Assembly (NCBI GenBank): GCA_038087875.1
Contig: CM075995.1
Span: forward strand, 7,318,001 to 7,382,000
Reading direction: 5' to 3'
DNA length: 64,000 bases
From: Malacoraja senta
Lineage: Eukaryota
Below, one piece after another: positions 38,445-52,176 of this stretch; the stretch's first letter is position 1; the number at the start of each line of letters is the position of its first letter. The notes under the pieces were generated by a model. That model was not told where the DNA came from, did no database searches, and worked only from the letters and a program-made list of their open reading frames with translations. The position numbers and the translations under genes were made by a program.

Positions 38445-38763
38445 TAGCCCTGTCTCACGGTACGAGTTCATTCCAAGAGCTCTCCCGAGTTTAAAAAAAT
38501 CAAACTCGTGGTAAGCACGGAGAATGAACGTAGCGGGTACGTCGGAGCTCGGGGACGTCTCTTAGCGGCTCGTAACGCCAACGGCAGGTACTCGGGAAGA
38601 CTCGCTAACGGCAGGGGAGCAGGGAAAGACTCTTGAAGATTTTTCAACATGTTGTAAAATGTCCACGAGAGCCCCGAGTGGCCATGACCGTAAATCTCCG
38701 AGTTCGAATCAGGGCAAACTCGGGAGAACTCTTAGAATGAACTCGTACCGTGGGACAGGGGTA
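38445..38763. mobile_element. PIF/Harbinger-like MITE, family A
   Basis: TAA on the left. Same TIR and interior as 19094. Confidence 0.85.
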
Positions 38764-40235
38764 TACATGAGCTGGTCAGGCAGCATATCTGGGGGAAAAG
38801 GAATAGTTTCCGGTCGAGACCCTTCTTCAGACTGAAAGATGGAGAAGACCAGAGCAAAGACAGGCCCTGCAACAGAGATGCATTCTTCGCCCCTCCCTCC
38901 CCACCTACCCCCATCTCACACCCTAGTTGTCCTCCTAGTCCCACTGTTCCCATCCTTGTATCCCTGTCGTTATCACCTCTTCCCCAACCAACAATGGGGC
39001 GCTATGGACTCCACCCTTCCTGAGGTCATCTGTTGCCAACCCTGATCTGTTCCGGCCTCGATATGAGGAAGGGTTACGACCTGTAACGTCACCTATTCCT
39101 TTTTTTCTCCAGAGATGCTGCCTGACCGGCTGAGTTATTCCAGCATTTTGTGTCCATCTTCGGTGTAAACCAGCACCTGCAGTCCCTTCCTACCCAACCG
39201 GAAACCTGCAGGATTAGGAGAGATCACGGGCGGCCTCACAGCGCCAGAGACCCGGGTTCGATCCCGACTACGGGTGCTTGTCTGTACGGAGTTTGTACCT
39301 TCTCCCCGTGACCTGCGTGGGTTTTCTCCGTGATCTTCCGTTTCCTCCCACAAATCCAAAGACGTGCAGGTTTGGTATAATTGTAAATTGGTCCTAGTGT
39401 GTGTAGGATAGTGTTAATGTGCGGGGATCGCTGGTCATGGGCGGACTCGGTGGGCCAAAGGGCCTGTTTCCGCGCTGTATCTCTAAACTAAACTAAACTT
39501 AGGTTCAGACAGAAGGCATGTGTGTCTGCTCGGCTGAAGTGGGAAATATCAGTGATCTCTGGGACTGCTGGAGGAAGACCAGCTGGAGGTAGAGAAGCAT
39601 TAGAATTGTGCAGAAAGAGGAAATATTCAAACCTACACAAGTATTTTACTTAATGAGAAAAATAGTGCTGTACGTACATGTTGAATGTACTAATGAAATA
39701 TTTTCATTCTTATCTTAAAAACTGATTTTTAAATGCCGCCTTTAAACACGCAAGATATTAAGAGAAGTAACTGGCCTTCAGACCCCTTAAGCCTGCAATT
39801 CCCTTCAAATGAAGCCGAATTAGGCCATTCGGCCCATGGCGTCTACTCCGCTATTCAATCATGGCTGTTCTATCTTCCCATATCAACCCCATTCTCCTGC
39901 CTTCTCCCCATAACCCCTGACACCCGTGCTAATCAATAATCTGTCAATCTCTGCCTTAAAATATCCACTGGCGACCTCCACAGGCGTCTGTGGCAATGAA
40001 CTCAACAGATTCATCACCCCCTGACTAAAGAAAATCCTCCTCGACTTTCTAAAGGTACCTCCTTATAGAGGCAGAAGATCATCACGCTGGAAACAAAACC
40101 ATTTTGTTTGTCTCATTTCCTGTCAGTCCAATCTGCTAGTGAGATTGCCTCTTCCCACGCCTATGTAAAAACCCCCCCGAATAATAATTACTAATCAGTG
40201 TTACACGTTTTTTCCCTGATTAATTTAGCAGAGGA

Positions 40236-40716
40236 AACATAGAAAAATAGAAAATAGGTGCAGGAGTAGCATTCGGCCCTTCGAGCCTGCACCGCCATTC
40301 ATTGTGATCATGGCTGATCATCCAACTCAGTATCCTGTACCTGCCTTCTCTCCATACCCCCCGATCCCTCCAGCCACAAGGGCCACATCTAACTCCCTCT
40401 TAAATATAGCCAATGAACTGGCCTCAACTACTTTCTGTGGCAGAGAATTCCACAGATTTACCACTATGTGTGAATTTTTTTCTTCTCATCTCGGTCCTAA
40501 AAGACTTCCCCCTTATCCTTAAACTGTGACCCCTTGTTCTGGACTTCCCCAACATCGGGAACAATCTTCCTGCATCTAGCCTGTCCAACCCCTTAAGAAT
40601 TTTGTAAGTTTCTATAAGATCCCCCCTCAATCTTCTAAATTCTAGCGAGTACAAGCCGAGTCTATCCAGTCTTTCTTCATATGAAAGTCCTGCCATCCCA
40701 GGAATCAGTCTGGTGA
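40236..40716 (-). mobile_element. CR1 LINE 3' fragment
   Basis: MAGLSYEERLDRLGLYSLEFRRLRGDLIETYK. Confidence 0.9.
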
Positions 40717-41828
40717 GGGGGGGGGGGGGGGGGAGGGGGAGTGGCCGGGGTTGCGACTGGTCCTTGATTATGCTGCTGGCCTTGCCGAGGCAGCGTGAGG
40801 TGTAAATGGAGTCAATGGAAAGGGAGTCTGTTCTTGAAAATGGCCTGGGTTAAAGGGAATAAGTGAAGGAGTAAAGTAAAACCAAAAGTGAAAACAAACA
40901 GAGGCTGTAATGTGAAACAGAGTCCATCCTGTAAGAATCTGTGAAGCTATCTGATTTAGTTTCCTGTAAATTTCTATTTAATTTGGCAATGCTGTCACAG
41001 GGCAGTGGGTTTTCTCCGGGTGCTCCGGTTCCCCCCCCCCCCCCCACGCTCCAAAACCGTGCAGGGCTGTAGGTTAATTGGCTTTGGTAAAAATTATAAA
41101 TTGTTCCCTAGTGTGTGTGTGTGTGTGTGTGTGGGATGGTGCTAGTGTGCGGGGTGATAGCTGGTCGGCGTCAACTCAGTGGGCCAAGGCCTGTTTCCAT
41201 GCGCGCTGCATCTCTAAACTGTAATGCTACATGCTGTTTATACGCTCTAGCACGAAAGTCCAAAAGTCTACAGTGTAAAGAATTATACACACAGAGAATA
41301 TTTATCTTTCACTAGCCGATGCTAGGAATCTTATTGTGGAAACAAGGAAACAAGAATATGTAAACTCGTAACATTATGTAAACCCTGTGATTCTACTGGG
41401 CAGACCAGTCTTTCCAGCTGGTCTGTTTATCCGTAGCAGAGATGGAAAAACCCTTTCTCCTTGAATAGATGGGACCAGGGGTGAACATGAGAAAGAGGAC
41501 TGAACTTTGGTGCCTTCCCTCACAGTGGGAAACGTTGATTCCGCTATGGGGGGGGGGGGTTTATGTTTAATGTTAAATTCTGTAGTGTGCTGTTTATCTT
41601 GTTTGTGTGCTGCATGGTAACTCAAATTTCACTGTACGTGACAATAAATGTCCTTTGTCCTTTGATTAGCAATGTAGGAACAAGGAACTGCCGATTGTTT
41701 AAAAAAACATTTGGACAGGTTTAGAGGGATATGGGCCAGACGCAGGTAGGTGGGACTGGTGTAGATGGGACATGTTGGCCGGTGTGGGTAAGTTGGGCCT
41801 GTTTCCACGCTGTATCAATCTATGACCA

Positions 41829-42338
41829 TCACAAAAAAGACACAAAGTAATGGAGTGACACAGCGGGTCAGGCAGCATCTCTGGAGAACATGCAGTCTGA
41901 AGAAGGGTCTCGACACGAAACGTCACCCATTCCTTCTCTCCAGAGATGCTGCCTGTCCCACTGAGTTACTCCAGCATTTTGTGTCTACCATAAAGATTCA
42001 TAAGTTCCAGCAGCAGAATTAGGCCATTCGGCCCATCGAGCCTACTCTGCCATTCTATCATAGCTGATCTAACTTTCTCTCTCAACCCCATTCTCCTGCC
42101 TTCACCCCTGACACCCGTACTAATCAAGAACCTGCTTCAGATAAAATCTTTGAAACTCTTGATATTTAAATGTTTTCAAATATTGTACCATGGGTTTCTT
42201 CCTGTGAATGTCTGCGTCTATGTAATTATTTTCTTGTAAATAAATTGAGCTGTGAAGTTTATCTGCGTTAGAATGTTATTTATTACCTGTTAAAGCAAAT
42301 GAGAGCACACCATATATTTCACAAGAGTAAGCATTTTG
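41829..42338 (+). repeat. Left copy of ~510-bp direct duplication
   Basis: Matches 45376-45884 with about 6 differences counted by eye. Confidence 0.93.
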
Positions 42339-42584
42339 AATTTAATCTTTTTATTTGAATTTCACGGCAATTTACATGCATACAATAATAACAGAGTAAT
42401 AATCAAGGCATAATTGTACAACAGTATGTAAGCGATCCTCAAAACCCTTACCCTTACCCACCTTCAACCCACCCAATTCAGGTCGGAGCCAAACGGGGAC
42501 AAACAACACCCACATACGTACACATCCACACACACAAATGGTAGAATAGACGAAACAAAATGTGCTATATAAAAATAAAAATAG

Positions 42585-42639
<55 letters not shown>

Positions 42640-45375
42640 TATCTAAATAAACAATTGTAGGGAGGGGGGGATTAAGAGGAAAGCAGCTGCTGTAGAACAA
42701 AACGATGATGGGGAACACTCAGTCCTCTTCCGAGTCCGGGGACAAGGTAAGAGAGTTAACCAGTTCAAAGAAAGGGTTCCATGTATCTAGGAATGTCTTG
42801 GTAGAGCCTTTGAGAGAGAACCTAAGTTTTTCAAGTTTCAGATTGTAAAGCACCTCCTTAATCCAACGGGCGTGTGTCGGGGGACAGGTAAGCCTCCAAC
42901 TAAGCAAGATCAGTCTCCGGGCTAACAAGGTTGTAAAAGCTAGGACCCGTTTCACCGCAACAGAGAGGTTGGTGTTGGGAGGGGTTCACGAAAATGGCTG
43001 ACATTGGATTTGGAAGAATAGTCTGGTCGTAAGCTCTGCTTATCAATTCAAAAGCACTCCTCCAAAAGGCTGCTAGCTTAGGGCAAGACCAAAACATGTG
43101 GCTATGGTTGGCAGGAGATTGACTACATCTGTTACAGGTGTCATTGACAGCTGGGTACATTCTAGCTAATCTTGCATTTGTATAGTGGACTTTGTAAAGG
43201 ACTTTGCATTGGATTAGGCCATGACGAGCGCATATGGAAGAAGAATGGATCAAATCCAAGGCAGAGTCCCATTGCTGGTCTGTTAATTGCGTATTCAGCT
43301 CTCCCTCCCACGCAGCTTTTAATGAGGTATGAGGTTTCAATAAAACCGACCCTAGCAAATTATACAAAATAGAGATACATTTCTTTCGATTGGGGTCTAA
43401 AGCTAAGATGATATCAGTCAGGGTTTCAGGAGGGCGATTTGGGAAGTAGGGAAATGTCTTCTTCACAAAATCCCATATCTGGAAAAAACGAAAAAGGTGG
43501 GAGTTTGGGAGGTTGTAGTTAGACGAGAGCTCCGCGAAAGATGAGAAGATACCATCCTTATATAGGTTTTTAATACTACTGATGCCATTGCTATGCCAGG
43601 TTTTAAATGCGTGGTCTATACTTGGTTTAAAAATGTGATTTTTAAGCAGTGGGGTCAAGATGGAAGGACCCTGTAAACCGAGGTTTTTCCTAAATTGACT
43701 CCATATCTTGAGCGAAAGGGACACAATTGGGCCTGCACCCACAGATGTTATAGAAAGGGGGAGTTGGGAGCATAGGACAGACCGCAATGGGAAACGTGAA
43801 CTCGCCTTTTCCATGTATACCCAGATCGGTGGGTGCTCGCAATCATCATTCATCCAATACAGGAGTTTTTGCAAGTTAGCTGCCCAGTAGTATCGCCTAA
43901 AATCAGGGAGGGCCAAACCGCCATCACTCTGAGTCGACTGCAGTATCGCCTTTCGGATTCTGACCGGTTTGCTACCCCATAAGAATTTAGATATTGTCCT
44001 TTCTAATTTGTCAAAAAAAGATTTGGTGATAAGTATGGGGACATGCTGGAAATGATACAGGAATTTGGGTAGGACAACCATCTTAACCAGATTTATCTGG
44101 CCCACGAGGGATAGCGGTAAGACTGACCAGCGATCAAAATCTTTTTCGGCTTTCTCAACCAGAGGCAAAAAGTTTGTGCGGAACATATCAGATAAGGGTG
44201 TTGTGATAAAAACGCCGAGATAGCGGAACCCATCCTCTGCCCTTTTGAATGAGGCTAAAGAGCGAGGGAGCTGCTTAGCCGGTAAGTTAATCGGTAATAG
44301 CTCACTCTTTTGGTAGTTGAGTTTATAACCAGAATATGCACCAAACCGTTCTAAAATATTCATAATCACAGGGAGAGAACTGACTGGGTTCGAGATGTAC
44401 AGGAGCAGGTCATCCGCATACAATGAGACTTTATGAGTTATGTCAAACCGTGTAATACCTTTAAAGCCCTTCTCTGCGCGTAACCAGACCGCCAGGGGTT
44501 CTATCGCGACATCAAACAGGAGTGGAGATAACGGGCAACCCTGTCTGGTACCTCTCTGAAGTGTGAAGTGGGGCGACAGTATGTCGTTTGTTTGTACTGA
44601 GGCCACCGGGGACGAATATAATAGGCTCACCCAGAGAATAAAACTGTTACCGAGGCCAAACCTATCCATCGCTTCATATAGGTACCTCCACTCGACCCTG
44701 TCGAAGGCCTTTTCGGCATCGAGGGAGACCCCGGCACCATCTCCGGGGTCTCATTACTCGAAGAGTGAATGATGTTAAGGAGACGCCTAGTATTATGGGA
44801 AGACTGTCGGCCAGGTATAAACCCTGTTTGATCCAACGAGATAATAGAGGGCATCACTCGCTGAAGACGAAGCGCAAGGGCTTTAGAAAGGATTTTGAGG
44901 TCCACATTCAGGAGTGAGATTGGTCTATAGCTACCACAAAGCAGGGGATCTTTCTCCTTTTTAAGAATTAGGGAGATGGTAGCCCACGACAAGGTGGGCG
45001 GTAGGCGACGATGTAAAAACGCCTCATTGTACATATCTCTCAGGGCTGGTGCGAGGAGATCAGAGAAAGCTTTGTAATATTCTACAGAGAAGCCGTCAGG
45101 GCCGGGTGACTTTCCGCTTTGCAGCGATGTGATGGCTGCTTGGACCTCAGCTACAGTTATGGGACCACCCAAGTCTCTCATGGCTTCTTCGTCAATTCGA
45201 GGAAGCGTCATACTACTGAACATGTCACCTGCAGTGGGGGGACAGTCGGAAGTGTATAATTCAGTGTAGAATTTAGCAAATGCTTCATTAATTCTGAGAG
45301 GATCAGTATGAGTCTCCCCTGAGCTGGATCAAATGGCGGGAATTAGCCGTGAAGTCGCCTCTGTTCTGGCCTGAC
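42339..45375 (-). mobile_element. L1-clade LINE, 5'-truncated, ORF2 with few frameshifts
   Basis: KSPGPDGF, YRPISLLNVDLKILSK, DQTGFIPGR, RGTRQGCPLSPLLF, LYADD and C-terminal CxxC...HMFWSC zinc knuckle (ORFs 44627-45223, 42900-44669, 42719-42955). Confidence 0.95.
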
Positions 45376-45884
45376 TCACAAAAAGACACAAAGTAATGCA
45401 GTGACACAGCGGGTCAGGCAGCATCTCTGGAGAACATGCAGTCTGAAGAAGGGTCTCGACACGAAACGTCACCCATTCCTTCTCTCCAGAGATGCTGCCT
45501 GTCCCACTGAGTTACTCCAGCATTTTGTGTCTACCATAAAGATTCATAAGTTCTAGCAGCAGAATTAGGCCATTCGGCCCATGGAGCCTACTCTGCCATT
45601 CTATCATAGCTGATCTAACTTTCTCTCTCAACCCCATTCTCCTGCCTTCACCCCTGACACCCGTACTAATCAAGAACCTGCTTCAGATAAAATCTTTGAA
45701 ACTCTTGATATTTAAATGTTTTCAAATATTGTACCATGGGTTTCTTCCTGTGAATGTCTGCGTCTATGTAATTATTTTCTTGCAAATAAATTGAGCTGTG
45801 AAGTTTATCTCCGTTAGAATGTTATTTATTACCTGTTAAAGCAAATGAGAGCACACCATATATTTCACAAGAGTAAGCATTTTG
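45376..45884 (+). repeat. Right copy of ~510-bp direct duplication
   Basis: See 41829-42338. Confidence 0.93.
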
Positions 45885-46084
45885 TTAATTTATTGGCTTT
45901 TTTTTAGTTTGGTTTATCGTGAAAAGCGGAAAGACAATACATGATTACAATCAAGGTGCCCGCTAGTCCGAGGTTCTCCAGTGAGGTAGATAGTAGCTCA
46001 GAATGCTCAAGAAGGAACTGCAGATGCTGGAGAAATCAAAAGTAGACAAAGGTGCTGGAGAAACTCAGCGGGTCAAGACCCAAG

Positions 46085-46520
46085 TCAAGAGAGTTTATTG
46101 TCATGTGTCCCTGGTAGGACAATGAAATTCTTGCTTTGCTTCAGCACAACAGAACATAGTCGGCATTGACTACAAAACAGATCAGTGTGTCCATACACCA
46201 TTATATAAATGTATACACACATGAATAAATAAACTGATAAAGTGCAAATAACAGATAATGGGCTATTAATGTTCATAGTTTTGTCCGAATCAAGTTTAAT
46301 AGCTGATGGTTGTGGGGAAGTAGCTATTCCTGAACCTGGTCGTTGCAGTCTTCAGGCTCCTGTACCTTCTACCTGAAGGTAGCAGGGAGATGAGTGAGTG
46401 GCCAGGATGGTGTGGGTCCTTGATGATGCTGCCAGCCTTTTTGAGGCAGCGACTGCGATAGATCCCCTCGATGGTAGGGAGGTCAGAGCCGATGATGGAT
46501 TGGGCAGTGTTTACTACTTT
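46085..46520 (-). mobile_element. Rex1/Babar LINE 3' fragment
   Basis: The reverse complement gives KDPHHPGHSLISLLPSGRRYRSLK...RFRNSYFP by eye. Confidence 0.75.
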
Positions 46521-46534
46521 TTGTGCGGCAGCAT

Positions 46535-46850
46535 CTATGGAGCGAAGGAAATAGGGAACGTTTCAGGCCAAAACCCTTCTTCAGACTGATGTAGGGTGGT
46601 GGTGGAGGGGGGGGAGGGGGGGCGGGAAGAAGAAAGGAAGAGGAGGAACCAGAGGGCTGAGAGAGAGCTGGGAAGGGGAGGAGACAGCAAGGGCTACCGG
46701 AAATTGGAGAAGTCAATGTTCATGCCGCTAGGGTGCAGACTGCTCAAGCGGAATATGAGGTGCTGCTTCTCCAATTTGCTCACTCTGGCCATGGAGGAGG
46801 CCCAGGACAGAAAGGTCGGATTCGGAATGGGAGGGGGAGTTGAAGTGCTG
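46535..46850 (-). mobile_element. Penelope-like 3' fragment
   Basis: Reverse complement homologous to 7215-7550. Confidence 0.78.
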
Positions 46851-46859
46851 AAGTATTGT

Positions 46860-47700
46860 ACAGTGCAGTGATCTCAAACAAACTTAAAATTATACATTTC
46901 TTGTACCACTTCTTATTTTAAACTTTAATAAGAAAAAGGATAGAAAGAGTTAGCAGAGTCAGTAAGTGAGTGAGTGAAAGAGTGGTCCAGGAAAACCCAT
47001 ATGGACCTAAACCACAAGAAGTTAAACAAAAAGAAAAAACCAAAAGAAGGAAAAAGATTAAAAAAAGAAAGTAAGATAAGACAAGATAAAAGGGATGTAC
47101 CTACTTCATACCTTTACACACCCCTCACCAGGTCCTGAAACCATTTATTATCAACATTTTGTTGCACCCTATGTTTCTAATAAGTCGATAAATGGAGATC
47201 AAATCTTTTGGAATTGTTCTGGTTTACCTGCTAAGAGGAATCTCATATCTTCTAGGTGTAACAGTTCCGACATATTAGAAATCCACATTTTCATCGTTGG
47301 CGTGGGTTACGCCAACCCACGAGCGTTTTTCCAAAATTTCAGTATAAGTTTTTTTGCTGTTATTAAGCCATAATTAAGGAAGCTCCTTTGAAACGAAGTC
47401 GGCTCCAAACTGGCTTCGATTGTTCCAAAAATGATCAGTTCTGCATTCGGTTTCAGTTTTATTTTAAATAATTTCGTGAAAATTTCAAAGATTTCATTCC
47501 AAAATTTTTGAATTTTTATACAAAAAACAAAAGAATGTGCTATAGTTGCTTCTTGGGTTAGACATTTATCACAGATAGAAGAGACATTTGGGTTATTTTA
47601 AATTTACTTATTTTAGCTTTTGAATAGTATAATCTATGTAAAATTTTAAATTGAATTAGAATGTGTCTTACATTAATCGAGCATTTATGCACAAGTGTTT
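46860..47700 (-). mobile_element. Older AT-rich L1-clade 3' fragment
   Basis: Reverse translation by eye gives QFKILHRLYYSKAK...CDKC...HSFVFC, an L1 ORF2 C-terminal pattern. Confidence 0.7.
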
Positions 47701-49944
47701 ATCCCAACTCTCTTTCGAGATTTTTATAGCAGCGTGAGGTATTTCAATGGAGGTTGGTTTGTGCGATGGTCTGGGCTGCGTCCACAATTCACTGCAATTT
47801 CTTGCGGGCCTTGGTTGGAGCTGTTCCCAAACCGTGCTGTGATGCATCCCGATAAAATGCTTTCTACGGAAAAATACATCCAGCAGCGAATTGGGATTTA
47901 TTGGAAACTGCCAAAAAGCCCACACTAGAAATACAGACCAAATTGTCTCATATATGATATGTTATTTAACCATGCCGGTGGTCGATTAATCAGCAGAATT
48001 AATTAATCGGCCGAATCCTTGCGGTTGGTGAGACCTCTCCTGAAGGCTCGTGGGTTGGCGTAACCGGGAGGAAGCTGGAGACGTGAGGGGCAAGGGCTGG
48101 TAGGAGGGTGGACCGGGGTGATGCCTCCAGCATCTTCCAGGTCGGCTGCAGGAGGTGCACCCCCCCCCCCCACCCCCCGGGACACAAAGATGGCCGGGCG
48201 AGGAGAGGAGAGGGACGTGGGTTCACGGGAACTGCTCCAGTACATCGAGAGAGACAAAAAATGCTGGTGTAACTCCGCGGGACAGGCAGCATCTCTGGAG
48301 AGAAGGGAATGGGTGACGTTTCGGGTCGACACCCTCCTTCAGAAGAAGGAATGGGGTGACGTTTCGGGCCGAGGCCCTTCTTCAGAAGTTGGGTCCCGAC
48401 CCGAAACATCTCCCGTCCTTCTCTCCAGAGATGCTGCCTGTCCGCTGAGTTTCTCCAACATTTTGTATCTATCTTCGGTATCTGCAGATCCTACATCGAG
48501 CGTGCGGGCCGACCAGACTTGGACTTTGAATAATGGCGCGGAAACTGGTGGCGCCACCATGCGTAATATATGCAAAACGAATTTCACACTGAGGTTACAT
48601 ATGTGACTAATATGTGACTAAAAGTCTCGTCTATTGAGTTTCCATCTCGATCACAGGTTCTGTCTTTGACCACTTGCTATTCCCATTTACAGGCAACTCT
48701 TTCACCCAGATGTTTTGCATTTATTTTTTATGTTTTGTAATGTTACAGCTCAGATACCCACCCACCCTCCATCCCCCATCGCCCATTTACACTAGCCCTA
48801 CACTAATCTAATTTGAATCGATAGGTAGATAGAAAATGCTGGAGAAACTCAGCGGGTGAGGCAGCGTCTAGGGAGCGAAGGAAATAGGCGACGTTTCGGG
48901 TCGAGACGCTTCCTCCAGCATCTGTCGTTACCTTCTAATCATTTTAGTCAATGGTTCTTTAATTATCACGTGTACCAAGGTACGGTGAGGTTATATTTTT
49001 TGCATGGAGTTCAGTAAGATTATTGAGGGCACAGGTCAGACCATCACACAAACCAACCTCCCTTCCATTCACACTTCACGCTGCCTCGGTCAGGACAGCG
49101 GGGTCAAGGAAAGAGCGTTCACGTCGTGGCCCGGTTTCCACCAAATGGCCAAGTGGGACAGGCCCTTAAGACCCCAGTTCTTCTTTCCAGCCCTTTCATT
49201 CTCCCCTCATTCCTATCAACCCCTCTCAATCCTACCACTCCCTACACAATGGGAAATTTGTAGTGGGCTTCCTTGAAGGTGGCGCCACAGGTAGACAGGG
49301 TGGTCTAAGGGTCTTCTGGCACATTGCCTTCATCAGTCAGAGTACTGAGTATAAAAGTTGGGAGGTCATGTTGCAGTTGTATAAGGCGTTGTAGTGACTC
49401 CTTATTTAAGAATAAGGGGTAAGCCATTTAGAACGGAGACGAGGAAACACTTTTTCTCACAGAGAGCGGTGAGTCTGTGGAATTCTCTGCTCAGAGGGCG
49501 GTGGAGGCCGGTTCTCTGGATGCTTTCAAGAGAGAGCTAGATAGGGCTCTTAAAAATAGCGGAGTCAGGGGATATGGGGAGAAGGCAGGAACGGGGTACT
49601 GATTGGGGATGATCAGCCATGATCACATTGAATGGCAAGTCCAGAACCAGGGGCCACAGTCTTAGAATAAAGGGGAGGTCATTTAGGACTGAGATGAGAA
49701 AAAAACGTTTTCACCCAGAGAGTTGTGAATTTGTGGAATTCCCTGCCACAGAGGGCCGTGGAGGCCAAGTCACTGGATGGATTTAAGAGAGAGTTAGATA
49801 GAGCTCTAGGGGCTAGTGGAGTCAAGGGATATGGGGAGAGGCAGGCACGGGTTATTGATAGGGGACGATCAGCCATGAATGGCGGTGCTGGCTCGAAGGC
49901 CGAATGGCCTCCTCTGCACCTATTTTCTATGTTTCTATGTATTT

Positions 49945-50440
49945 ACTAGCCTGATGGCGGTGTGGAAGCAGCTTCCTGAACCTGGATGTTCCCAGATTTC
50001 AAGCCGGACATACGAGTTTTTGTTGTCCAAGTGGTCCAGAGCGGAGTGGAGAGCCAGCGAGATCGCATCCACCGTTGACCTGTTGTGGCGGTAAGCGAAC
50101 TGCAGAGGGTCGAGGTTCGTGTTGAGGTAGGAGTGGATGGACGCCATAATCAACCTCTCAATGCACTTCACCACCACCGACGTTTGTGCCACTGGTCGAT
50201 AGTCGTTGAGGCACGTCACCTTGCTCTTCACCTTGGACACCGGTATAATTGATGCCCTTTTAAAGCAGGTGGGAACCTCAGACCTCAGATGTGAGAGGTT
50301 AAAAATGTCCGTAAAAACTCAAGTCAGTTGGTCCGCACAGGTTTTGAGAACACGACCGGGTATACCATCAGGACCAGGCGCTTTCCGAGGGTTCACCCCT
50401 CTGAAGGATCTTCTGACGTCGGCCTCTGTGACTGTAGGGA
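49945..50440 (-). mobile_element. Rex1/Babar RT fragment, internally deleted
   Basis: RKAPGPDGIPGRVLKTCADQL and LNDYRPVA...[19 protein letters not shown]. Confidence 0.88.
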
Positions 50441-50464
50441 CTATCCAAATGTTTAAGAGACATG

Positions 50465-50938
50465 TAGACAGTAGACAATAGGTGCAGGAGTAGGCCATTC
50501 GGCCCTTCAAGCCAGTACCGCCATTCAATGTGATCATGACTGATCATCCCCAATCCCCAATCAGTACCCCGTTCCTGCCTTCTCCCCATATCCCCTGACT
50601 CCGCTATTTTTAAGAGCCCTATCTAGCTCTCTCTTGAAAGCATCCAGAGATCCGGCATCCACCGCCCTCTGAGGCAGAGAATTCCACAGACTCACCACTC
50701 TCTGTGGAAAAAAGTGTTTCCTCGTCTCCGTTCTAAATGGCTTACTCCTTATTCTTAAACTGTGGCCCCTGGTTCTGGACTCCCCCAACATCGGGAACAT
50801 GTTTCCTGCCTCTAGCGTGTCCAAGCCCTTAACAATCTTATATGTTTCAATGAGATATCCTCTCATCCTTCTAAACTCCAGAGTGTACAAGCCCAGCTGT
50901 TCCATTCTCTCAGCATATGACAGTCCCGCCTTCCCGGG
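50465..50938 (-). mobile_element. CR1 LINE 3' fragment
   Basis: ORF 50561-50980. Confidence 0.9.
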
Positions 50939-51532
50939 ACGGGTACATGGACATGACAGGTTTAGAGGGATACGGGCCAAATGCAGGCAGGTGGGGCTAG
51001 TGTAGATGGGGCATGTTGGCCGGTGTGGGCAAGTTGGGCCAAGGGGCTTGTTTCCATGACTCTACGATTCTAAATAAATCACCGGCCCACACATCTTTGG
51101 GATGTGGGAGGAGACCAGAGCATTCAGGGGATGCAGTCACAAGTAGAATGAACAAACTACGCACAGACAGCAGCAGAGATCAGGATGAAACGAAGATCGA
51201 CGGACCCGTGAGACCACAACGCTCTCCCCATTACTCATACGCTTACTTTCCAAATGCAACACCTGTTGCTCATAGTTTCTGACCCCAGAATACACCTCTC
51301 ACATTCAGCACAATCTCACACCACAACGAACATCAAACTCCAAGTTTTAGTTTTGTTTTTTCGTTTCACAGATACAGCGTGGAAACGGGCCCTTCGGCCC
51401 ATCGAGTCCGCGCTGACCATCGGTTACCCGATCACACTAGTTCTGTGTTATCCCAGTTTCCCATCCATTCCGTACACGCTCAGGACAATTTACAGAGGGC
51501 CAATTATCCTGCAAACCCGCACGCTTTGGGGG

Positions 51533-51865
51533 AATAGACAATAGACAATAGGTGCAGGGTAGGCCATTCGGCCCTTCGAGCCAGCACCGCCATTCAATGT
51601 GATCACGGCTGATCTTCCCCAATCAGTACCCCGTTCCTGCCTTCTCCCCATATCCCCTGACTCCACTATTTTTAAGAGCCCTATCTAGCTCTCTCTTGAA
51701 AGCATCCAGAGAACCTGCCTCCACCGCCCTCTGAGGCAGAGAATTCCACAGACTCACCACTCTCTGTGAGAAAAAGTGTTTCCTCGTCTCCGTTCTAAAT
51801 GGCTTACTCCTTATTCTTAAACTGTGGCCCCTGGTTCTGGACTCCCCCAACATCGGGAACATGTT
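51533..51865 (-). mobile_element. CR1 LINE 3' fragment
   Basis: ORF 51623-51970, C-terminal part. Confidence 0.88.
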
Positions 51866-52176
51866 GTTAAAGAAGGAACTGCAGATGCTGGAAAATCGAA
51901 GGTACACAAAAATGCTGGGTTTCGGCCCGAAACGTTGCCTATTTCCTTCGCTCCATAGATGCTGCTGCACCCGCTGAGTTTCTCCAGCATTTTTGTCTAC
52001 CTAAGGAAAGACTCCACTTGACTCGAATGAATACATGTGACATGAGATGAGTCAGAGAAGAAAATCTTTGCTTGCATATCCAAGGTATGCAAACAGTCAC
52101 CACATAGAGGGCGCTTGCAGAGTATCCCCGCGCCAGGCCCCCCCTTTGTCCCCCCCCCCTCCCCCACGCCTCCAGG

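Noticed and set aside
41829..45884. LTR retrotransposon with 510-bp LTRs
   Set aside because: The interior is L1 ORF2, the repeats lack TG...CA ends, PBS and PPT, and they are a mosaic of older repeats and unique DNA.
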